Origin: Scenedesmus sp. PABB004
Lineage: Eukaryota
Reading direction: 5' to 3'
Length of the DNA stretch: 64,000 nt
NCBI GenBank assembly: GCA_014905635.1
Contig: JABVCE010000005.1
Location: 1,178,001-1,242,000 of the forward strand
Both the position numbers and the translations under genes were made by a program. The notes under the pieces were generated by a model. It was not told the DNA's origin. It searched no databases and was given only the letters and a program-made list of their open reading frames with translations. Position 1 is the first letter of the stretch. Each line of letters opens with the position of its first letter. Below are positions 12,349 to 21,300 of the stretch, one piece after another.

Positions 12349-14149
12349 AGCGGTGCAGGCGGAGCTGGAGCCGGCACGCGCGGGGCAGCAGCACTCGCAG
12401 CAGGCGAAGCCTGCGCAGGGCAGGGCCGTGGCGCACCGGCTCCGCGCCCGCCCGGCCGCCGCCGAGCACGAGCCGGCGCACGGGCCGGCCGCGCCGCGCT
12501 GCTCGCCCGACGGGCCCGCGGCCGACGCCAGCAACAACGCGGCCGCGCGCAGCACGAGCGCGGAGCCGGCGGCCACTGGCGCGCCCAGGCGGCGGCGCGG
12601 CAAGTCGCCATCGCAGCCGCCGGCGGCCAAGTTGCCGGCCGGCGGCGCGGCAGCGGCGCGTGCGTTGGCTGCAGCCGCGCCGGCGCCGGCGCCGGTGGCG
12701 GCGCTGAGGGCGGTGGCGGTCAAGCGCGAGGGCGGCTCGGAGTCGGGCTTTGACGCCGGCGACACGCCCGTGGCGATGGCGGGGCCTGGGTCCTTCCGGC
12801 CCGCGCACCGCTCGCGCAAGTCCAAGCACGTCGTGGCGAGCACGATCGACGACGCGGCGGCCGCTGCGGCCGCGGCGCCGCCGCACCACCACGCGGGCGC
12901 CGCGAAGCGCGCGCGCCCCAGCGACTCGGACGACCACGGCGGCAGCGAGGCGGGCGACGACGCGGACGCGGTCGTGCGGCGCAGCCAGCGGCGGCGCAAG
13001 CCAAAGTCCTTCTTCGACGGCGGCACGGAGCAGCTGCCCGGCTGGGCTCCGCCCGACGAGCCCTGGCCCGCGCCCGATAGCGTCGCCTGGGGCCAGCGTG
13101 CGCCGCGCGCGCCGCGGCAGTCGCCCGAACCCGAGGCGGCCGCGGTGGCGGGCGCGGCGGCGCTGCGCGCCACGGGACTGCCGCCGCAGTGGTTCCGCCG
13201 CGCGGCGCCGCCGCGCGCGCCGCGGCCCCGCCCGCGGGCGCAGAAGCAGCAGGGCCCGCGCGTGCGCGGGCCCGGCACGGCGCGCTACGCGGGCGCCCCC
13301 CGCTTCTCGGGCGCCCCGTCCCTGCCGGCGCCGCGCCCGGCGCCCGGCGGCTGCCAGGCGTACCCCGGCGCCGCGCCCCACCGCGGCGGCGCGCCCTTCC
13401 GCAGCGACCCGGCGCTGCCAGGCGGCCCCGCGCCGGGCCACGGCGGCGGCGGCGGCGGCCTGCAGGCGGCGCAGCTCATGGAGCTGGCCGCGCAGCTCCG
13501 GGGCGGCGCCCCGGCGGCGCCGCGGCCGCCGGGGCACCCCGACGTGGTGGCCCTGACCCTGCAGGCCCTGCACGCCACAATCACGGAGCGGGGGTGGAGC
13601 TTCGGGGAGGTGCAGCGGCACCAGCTCGAGCGCGAGGCGGCGCAGCGCGCGGCGCAGCAGCAGGCGCAGCAGCAGCAGCAGGCGCAGCAGCAGCGGCAGC
13701 AGGCGCAGCAGCGGCAGCAGGCGCCGCAGCAGGCGGCGGCCCCGGCGCTGCTGCAGGCGCTCGCGTCGCTGGACAAGGGGGCGCTGCGCGCCATGGCGAC
13801 TGGCAGCTCGCAGGCGGGCGCGCTCGCCCAGCCGCAGCCGCACCAGCCGCCGCCGCACCCGCCACCTCTGCGCCCGGCCGCGGCGCCCGGCGCCGACGTG
13901 GCGGCGACCCTGCTGCAGGCGCAGAAGCTGCAGGCGGCGGAGCAGATCAAGCACATGCTGCAGGAGCAGCAGGCGGCGCGCGCGCAGGCCGCAGACGCGC
14001 GCCTCGCGGCCGCGGCCGAGTCGGCCGCCGGCGCGGCGTCGGACGCGCCCTCCGGCGGCACTGCGAAGCAGGACGCGCTGGCCAGCTTCCTGGACAAGCT
14101 CACGGCCGCTGCGCTCGGCGGCGCCGCGCGCCGGAGCAGCCAGCCGTGA
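11395..14149 (+). CDS. Hypothetical protein with a globular N-terminus and Q/P/A-rich disordered remainder
   Basis: Probable exons 11395-11403 (MTK), 11714-11835, 11926-14149 with GT-AG introns in phase; TGTAA at 14516. First exon uncertain. Confidence 0.6.
12283..12347 (+). repeat. (CAG)n coding microsatellite (polyQ)
   Basis: About 20 CAG units interrupted by one CCG, in frame as QQQQQPQQQ... Confidence 0.9.
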
Positions 14150-14515
14150 CGCCGGCCGCGCGTCGCGCGGCTGCACTTTTGTCGGGCGGGAGGGATCGCG
14201 CGACGCCGAGCTTTGCCACGAGGCGCCGCGGGGACGGAAAACTTGCTTTCCTTGCACTCCTCTTGCTTTCCTTGCACCACACTTGCCAGTGCGCACTGGC
14301 GGCACCGCAGTGACACACACTGGCCGTGGGACCCGCGCGGCGCGCTGTTAACGGCGCGCGCGCGCAGGAGTGGCCCCCGCAAGACTGAAGCAGCAGTGCG
14401 ACTGCGGGATGGGCGGGGGCCTGGTTTGATGGTGACCCGGGGGTCGGTTCGCGCAGCGGCGCCGCCGGCCGGCGTGCAGGGTGGGCACACGAGGCCCGAG
14501 TGCTTCGCACGCGCT

Positions 14516-14532
14516 TGTAACTTACAGTTACA
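14516..14532. promoter_or_regulatory. Back-to-back TGTAA poly(A) signals on both strands between convergent genes
   Basis: TGTAA(+) at 14516-14520; TTACA at 14522-14526 and 14528-14532 (TGTAA on minus). UGUAA is the established chlorophyte poly(A) signal. Confidence 0.7.
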
Positions 14533-14609
14533 GTCTCGTCCCGTGCGCCACGGCAGCGGGACGAGCGCACGCGGGGGCCGCGCCCGCGTCTCAAGGCGCC
14601 GGCGACAGC

Positions 14610-14690
14610 GCCGGGCGCGGCGGCGGGGTCGGGCCGCGCGGGTGCGCCGGGGCGCAGTTGCCGCGCGGCCGTCAGGAGCCGCGTCCCGGC
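14610..14690 (-). promoter_or_regulatory. SECIS element (type II) in the 3' UTR of selenoprotein M
   Basis: Minus strand: helix I gccggg(a)cgcggc/gccgcgcccggc; core cUGAC...CGAC; perfect 10-bp helix II ggccgcgcgg/ccgcgcggcc; unpaired AA 12 nt after UGA; apical mini-stem ugcgcc/ggcgca. Confidence 0.85.
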
Positions 14691-14750
14691 CTGCGGGCGC
14701 CTTGGCGCGGGCGCGCGCCCGCCGGCGCGCGTTGGAGGTGCCTGGCCTGG

Positions 14751-15557
14751 TCACAGCTCCAGGTGCTCCTCCGCCTCGCCGTAGGGCTCGGACTCGTCCA
14801 GGGCGGCGCCGTCCTCCTCAGCGTACGGCTCATCAGGGTAGTCGTACGCCGGGGGCGGCGGCGCAGCTGCGCGCGGCGCGGCCAGGCGCGGCAGCGTGAG
14901 CGCGGGGCGCCCTGCGGCAGACGCGCGGCGCGGCGCGGCGCGGCCCACCCTCGGCGACAAAGAGGCGGGCGAACCCGCGCTCCTGGACGAGCTCGTGGAG
15001 CTCGTCAAAGCTCTTGCCGCGCACGCTCTCGCGTGACAGCTCGAGCCCGGCCGCGTCGAACAGCACCAGCTCGGGCGGCGCGCCGGGGATGCTGACCGCG
15101 CGGCGGGCTGCGGGTGAGCGCGCGTGGCAGCGCGCGGTGCGTGGCGCGGCGACGCGGGCGAGCGCGCGCGGCTCACAAGTTGACGGTCAGTCGGTCTCCG
15201 TACTCGCGCTTGAGCACGGAGTCGAAGAAAAACCGCTTCACCCTGCGGCACGGCAGGTCAGCAAGCGGCACTGGCGGCGGCAGCAGCGGCGGCGGCGGTG
15301 GCAGCGGCAGCGGGCGTGCTGCTCACTCCGGCATGCTGCTGAGCTGTCAGCCGCTGCAGGACTGCGGCGGGCGGGGGCGGCGGGCGGGCGGGGACCGCGG
15401 GGGGCGGTCGCAAAGGGTGGTCGGATGCTGCAGCGGCTCAGCGCTGCCTCCGTCGACGGACCTGGAACTCCCCGCGTGCGACGGCGGGCTCGGAAGGCTC
15501 AGAGGCACCACCCCCGGTCACCGACAGCGCGAGCAGGAGCAGGGGCAGCAGCTTCAT
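14751..15557 (-). CDS. SELENOM: Selenoprotein M (Sep15/SelM family), 151 aa, in-frame UGA = Sec at 15347-15349
   Basis: Exons 15557-15462, 15361-15327, 15242-15177, 15091-14949, 14866-14751 (all GT-AG, 456 nt). Product: MKLLPLLLLALSVTGGGA...GEFQ|SCSGUQLSSMPE|VKRFF...N|FIPGAPPELVLFDAAGLELSRESV...ELHELVQERGF...EEHLEL*. Signal peptide, CxxU, PGAxPELVL, ER-retention-like end and downstream SECIS. Confidence 0.92.
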
Positions 15558-15574
15558 CGTGCGGAGAGGGCTTT

Positions 15575-15579
15575 TTACA
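15575..15579 (-). promoter_or_regulatory. TGTAA poly(A) signal of the SDR gene, just upstream of the SelM ATG
   Basis: TTACA on + at 15575-15579, about 190 nt after the SDR stop. Confidence 0.55.
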
Positions 15580-15768
15580 GGCGCAGCGAGAGCGGCGCTG
15601 CGTCCGTGTGCAACTGGTGCTCGCTTCTAGGGCCGCACGGCGCTATGGGCGGTCGCGCAGGAGCTGCGGCCCGCCGCGCGGCGAACCGCGGCGGCGGCAC
15701 GCGCCCGCGCGCCGCTGCGGCACCACTGTCGTAGCGGCAGGGCGTCGACCGGCCCCGAAATCCCCCCG

Positions 15769-16749
15769 TCACCACGGTATCTCGGCGCCGTCGTAGCCGT
15801 ACCAGCGGCCGTTGAGCGGGCGGCCGTCCTCGAGCAGCGCCAGCAGGCCGGTGGTGCTTTCGTCGACTGTGACCCAGCCGGCGCCCCCGGTCATGTCCGT
15901 TTGCACGTAGCCGGGGTGCACGCACACGCAGTCGACCTGCTGGTCCCGCAGGTCGAGCGCGAGGGCCTTGTTGATGATGTTGAGCGCTGCCTTGGACGCC
16001 CTGCGCGCCGCCGACGCGCGCCCGCGCAGGTGTGCGGCCCAGCCTCCCGGGCAGCACGGCGGCGGCGCGCCGGCCAGCCGCCCGGGCAGCAGGGATGCCG
16101 GGCGGCGGCGCGCTGCGGCAGGCGGCCGCACCGGTAGGCGTAGCCGCCGGGCGTGACGGAGCTCACGGCGGCGTCGCCGTGGCTCGCCATCACGCTGCTC
16201 ACATTTACAACCAGGGATCCGGGCGGCCCCAGCAGGCCGTGCTTGAGCAGCTGCTGCACCACCAGGAACGGCCCGACCGCGTTGGTCTGGAACACGCTGC
16301 GCGCGGCGCCGAGCGGCGCGCGGCGGCGGCGTCGCAGGCGCGCGCGCGCACCGCACCGCTCAACCCCTGGCCGCCCCTCGCCCCGCGCCGCGCCCCCGCG
16401 CCGCGCCCCCGCGCCTGGTGAAGTCGTCGGCCTCGAACTCTGCGAGTGCCAGGCGGCGGCCGTAAACACCGGCGTTGTTGATCAGCACGTCAACATGCGG
16501 CGTGTGCGTGGACAGGCCCGCCGCCCACGCGGCGATGCTGCCCGGGACGGCCGTGTCGAGCTGCGTGAGCGTCAGCCGCCCGCCGTGCGCCGCCACCAGC
16601 GCCGCGAGCGACGGGTCGGCGTCGTCGGGGCTGCGCCGGCTGGTTGCAATCACGCGGTTGCCGCGCGCGAGCAGCTTCTCCACCAGGCCCCGCCCCACTC
16701 CCCTGCTGCCGCCCGTGACGACCACCGACTTGCCGGCGATCGGCGGCAT
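15769..16749 (-). CDS. Short-chain dehydrogenase/reductase (CsgA/C-factor-like), 3 exons
   Basis: VVVTGGSRGVG, VLINNAG, FQTNAVGP, NVSS, catalytic YR|ASK (YxxxK), HPGYVQTDM, C-terminal DGAEIPW. First intron has a GC donor (16414). Confidence 0.92.
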
Positions 16750-17164
16750 CGCGGGGCCAGCGGCGAGCGGCGGAGCGGGCCGGCGTGGCGGCCGCAGCAG
16801 CGCTGGGCGGCCTAGCTGGGAGGCCGACGCGCGGCAAGAAGCCGTTCGTCGCTGCTGCCGCCACGCCTCGGACTGCAGACGGGCAATTGGGGCGGCGGCG
16901 GCTGCGCGCCGCGGGGTGGAGCAGCGGCGCGCGAGCAGGTGCCGCCAGCGTCGTGACTGAACCGCGCTGCCAAGTGCCAGGGCGCCGGGTCGTGCGTCGT
17001 CGGGCCGACATTTCGTTCTCGTGTGAGCAGCCCCACCCGCCCGCTCTCCGCGCGCGCACGCCACTGCCCCGCAGCCCCGCCGCTCTCCTGCGCTCCCGCA
17101 GTCTGCTGCCCGCGCTCATTGGCGTCGGACAGACGCAGCAGGGCGCCCTCGACCCTCCGCGGGC

Positions 17165-18010
17165 ATGGCGGAGCAGCCGGCGGGCGGCGAGGCGGCAGCA
17201 GCAGCAGCGCCCGCCGATGCAGGCGTCCCGGCGCCCGCCCCGGCCGAGGAGGCGGCCGAGGTCAATCCCATGCTGCAGACCAGCCTCACGCGGCGCTTCC
17301 AGGGGCGCTTCAAGCCCATGGTGATGCCCACGTACGACCTGATCATGCAGGAGGACATGATGAACAACTGCGGCGTCCGCTCCGTCATCGCCGGCGTCAT
17401 GGGCGCCTGCCTGGGCGTCGCCTTCGGCGTCTTCACGGCCAGCTTAGACACCCAGGCGCGCGCGCGCGCCAGGGGGGCCGCCCGCCGCGGCGGGGCGCGG
17501 CGGCGCGGGGCACGGGGCGCCGCGCCGCGCGGCGGCCGCTGCCAACCCCCGCGCGCCGCCGCGCCGCCGCCGCGCGCAGGGCATCGACGCCGCGCCGCTC
17601 GGGGAGCCGGCCAAGCCGACGCGCGTGGTGCTGCGGGAGACGTGGATGCTGATGCGCGAGAAGAGCCGGAGCTACGCGAAGGGCTTTGGCGGCATGGGCC
17701 TGCTCTACAGCGGCACCGAGTGCGTCATCGAGCGCTACCGCGCGCGGCACGACGCCTGGAACGCGACGCTCGCCGGCTGCGCCACGGGCGGCCTCATGGC
17801 CACGCCGGGTGCGCGCGCGGCGGCGGGGGCGGGCGGGCAGGGCGCGCGCCGGGCGCGCGGCGCAGCCGGGCCGCGCGGCGCGGCCGAGCGCGCGCCGCCG
17901 CCGCCACGTCGCCCCCGCGCCGCGCAGGCGGCCCCAAGGCGATGTGCCTGGGCTGCGCGAGCTTCGCCGCGTTCTCGACCGCGATCGAGTACTTCACGGG
18001 CGGGCACTGA
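17165..18010 (+). CDS. TIM22: Mitochondrial inner-membrane translocase TIM22 (Tim17/22/23 family), 3 exons
   Basis: MNNCGVRSVIAGVMGACLGVAFGVF, SYAKGFGGMGLLYSGTECVIERYRARHDAWNATLAGCATGG, GPKAMCLGCASFAAFSTAIEYF. Intron 1 has a GC donor (17456). TGTAA at 18250. Confidence 0.92.
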   Translation: MAEQPAGGEAAAAAAPADAGVPAPAPAEEAAEVNPMLQTSLTRRFQGRFKPMVMPTYDLIMQEDMMNNCGVRSVIAGVMGACLGVAFGVFTASLDTQARARARGAARRGGARRRGARGAAPRGGRCQPPRAAAPPPRAGHRRRAARGAGQADARGAAGDVDADAREEPELREGLWRHGPALQRHRVRHRALPRAARRLERDARRLRHGRPHGHAGCARGGGGGRAGRAPGARRSRAARRGRARAAAATSPPRRAGGPKAMCLGCASFAAFSTAIEYFTGGH

Positions 18011-18306
18011 CAAAGAAGCTCACGCCCCGGTTGCCCTGCCGGGGCCGCGCCGCCCGCTGCCGCAGCCGCAGCAGCGCGCGACGGGTGCGGCAGCTGCAGG
18101 CGCAGCTGCGGAGCGCACCGCATTGACCGTGACCTGTTGGAGTTTTGGTTGTTGGACGCTGACGGCCGCGAGCGCTGCTGCCTATGCCGGCATGGGATCG
18201 CTCGGGGGGCTGCGGCTGCGCGTGCGGGCTGCTCCCAGGCGGCCGCTGCTGTAACGCGCGTCCCGCAAGCTCTCCGCGCAGCGTCGTTGCCCGCCCTCCC
18301 GCCCGC

Positions 18307-21300
18307 TCACAGCTCGTCGCGCCCCAGCTCGTCGCCGCCGCCCTCGCCGCCGCCCTCGCCGGCCTCGCCGCCCGCCGGCGGCACGAGGCGCAGCGTGCGC
18401 TGCGGCGGCGCGCCGTCGGCGCCCGGGTCCTCGTGGTAGAGCCCGACGTCATCCATGTCCATCACCGTGAACGCCGCCGCCTGCTCCTCCTCAATCAGCC
18501 GCGCGAGCTCCGCCAGCTCCGCCGCGTCCTCGGGCGACGCCTCGCCGCCGGCGGGGCCAGCGCCGGCGCCGGCGCCGTCGCCGCCGCCGCCCTCGGCCGC
18601 CGCCGCCGCCGCGGCCTCGCGCGCCGCCGCGCGCCCGCCCGCGCGCACGGTGCCGCCGGGCGGCAGCGGCGCCGCGCCGGCGCCGCCGCCGCCGCCGCCG
18701 CCGTCGGCGTCCTCGGCCGCGTAGTCGAGCGCGCCGCCGGGGTCGCCGCCGCCATACGCGGCGTCGTCGTCGTCGCCGTAGGCGTCGCCGCCGGGGCCGC
18801 CGCCATACTCCTCCTCCTCCTCGTCCTCGTCGCCGTAGCCAGAGTCAAAGTAGTGGTACGTGCCCTCGTGCGGCCGGAGGTCCATCACCACCGGCGACGC
18901 CGCCGCGGCGCCGGGGAGCAGCGCCGAGCCGGCGCCGCGGCGCGGCGCGGCCGCGGCGGCCGCGTGCGCCGTGTGCAGCTGCGCCGCCGCGGCGGCGGCC
19001 GCCGCGCTCGCCGCCGCGCGCTCGGGCTGCGCCGCGGCGGCGGCCTTGGCGCGGCTGAGCAGGCGGCTGGCGAGCCCCTCGCCCCGCGCACGCAGCGCCG
19101 CCTGGATGCGCTCCGCGCCAGTGGCGCCGAGCTCGTCCGGCGCCTCGAGGCCGCCCGCGGGGGGCGTCGCCGCCGCGGCGGCGGGCTCGCCATGCTCCGG
19201 CTCAACTGCGGCTGCCGCCGGCTCAGCTGCCGCTGCAGGCTCCTCCGCAGCCGGCTCCACAGCTGCCGGCGCGGCCGCTGCCGGCTCCTGTGCTGCTGAA
19301 CCTTCCACCACAGGCAGAGGAGGCTCCTGCGCCGCTGCTTGCACCTCGGCTGACGCGGCAGGCTCGGGGGCCAGCTCCTGCGCCGGCTCCGCTGCCGCCG
19401 GCTCGGTGGGCACGGCCGCCGGCTGCGAGGCTGCCGGCGGCGCCGCCTGTTCGAACGTTCCTGGCTCCGGCGCCAGGCCCCCAGCAGGCCCCTGCGGCAG
19501 CTCAGGCGCGCTCGGCTCGGGTGCTGCCGCGGGCTCCGTCGCTGTCGCAGGCTCTGGCGTTGCCGCGGGCTCGGGCGCCCACTGCTCTGGCGCTGCTGCA
19601 GGTTCCGGCGCCCGCTGCTCCAGCGCCCGCTGCTCCAGCGCAGCGGGCTCCGGCGCCCGCTGCTCCGGCGCTGCAGCGGGCTCCGGCGCCTGCTGCTGCG
19701 TCGCTGCCGCGGGCTCCAGGGCCTGCTGCTCCACCTCAGGTGCTGCTGGGGGCGGCTCCTGCCACGCCTCAGCGGGCGGCGCGTGCTCCCCGGGCAGCTC
19801 CGGCGGCTGCACAGCCGCCGCCTCCGCCGCAGGTGCGGCGGCCGTGTCAGCGGGCGCAGCCGGCTGCTCCTGCTGCCAGTCCGGCTCAGCACCGCCCGGC
19901 TGGGCGGGCACTGCCGCAGCTGCGGCCGCGGCGGCGGCCGCCGCGGCTGCCTGCTCAAGGCTCCCCCCGCTGGGCTCAGGCTCCTGCGGCTGCTGGTCCA
20001 CCGCAGCGTCCAGCGGCGCATGTTGCGAGGCCCCCTGAGCCTCGTGGCCAGGCTCCAGCTGCTCGCTCACGTGCTGTGGCGGCTGCATGTCGCTGGGCGC
20101 CGCCGCGTGCTCGCTGGGAGCCGCCGCGTGCTCTCCGGGCGCCGCCGTGTGCTCGCCGGGCGCCGCATGCTCTCCCGGCGCCGCCGCGTGCTCGCCGGTC
20201 GCCGCGTGCTCGCCGGGCGCCGCCGCGTGCTCGCCGGGCGCCACCGCGTGCTCACCGGGCGCCGCATGCTCTCCGGGCGCCGCCGCGTGCTCGCTGGGAG
20301 CCGCCACATGCTCGCTGGGCGCAGCTGCGTGGTCGCCGGCCGCCGCTGCGTGCTCGCTGGGCGCTGCCGCGTGGTCACCGGCCGCCGCTGCGTGCTCGCT
20401 GGGAGCCGCCGCGTGCTCTCCCGGCGCCGCCGCGTGCTCGCCGGTCGCCGCGTGCTCGCCGGGCGCCGCCGCGTGCTCGCCGGGCGCCGCCGCGTGCTCA
20501 CCGGGCGCCGCATGCTCTCCGGGCGCCGCCGCGTGCTCGCTGGGAGCCGCCACATGCTCGCTGGGCGCAGCTGCGTGGTCGCCGGCCGCCGCTGCGTGCT
20601 CGCTGGGCGCTGCCGCGTGGTCACCGGCCGCCGCTGCGTGCTCGCTGGGAGCCGCCGCGTGCTCTCCCGGCGCCGCCGCGTGCTCGCCGGTCGCCGCGTG
20701 CTCGCTGTGCGCCGCCGCTGCATGCTCGGCGGTCGCCGCGTGCTCGCTGTGCGCCGCTGCGTGCTCGCTGAGCGCCGCCACGTGCTCGCCGGGCGCCGCC
20801 GCGTGCGCTGGCTGCTCCCAAGCGTCCTGTGGCACCGATGCCGCAGGCTCCGGCTCGCTCGCCAGCGGCTGCGCCGGCGCAGCGTGGGGCTCGGGTGCAG
20901 GCATCGCATGCGGCGGCTGCTCGTGCGCTGCCTCTGCCAGCGGCGGCTGCTCCGGCGCGCCGCGCGCCGCCGCGTCAGGCTCCGCCTGCCCCGGCATGGA
21001 CAGCCTGAGCGCCTCCGCCGCTGCCTCCATCGCCGCGGCGGCCTGCATGGCGGCCGCCGTCGCGGCCGCCTCGGCGTGCACGCGCGCGGCCGCCGCGTGC
21101 TGCCGCTCCTCCTCCTCCTCCGCCGCGCCGGCGCGCACGAACTCGGCTTCGTCGGCATCCTCCTCCGTCGCCGCCGCCGCGCCCGCCTGGTCGCCCCACT
21201 CGCCGCCGTGCACGCCGGCCGCGCCGCCGGCCGCGCCGCCGGCCGGCGGCGGCGCCGCGTCGGGGTCCATGATGCCGAGTGCCGGCGGCGGCTGCTGCGG

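Noticed and set aside
20091..20804. Repeat array as a CRISPR array
   Set aside because: Contiguous in-frame coding units without unique spacers, no cas genes, eukaryotic context.
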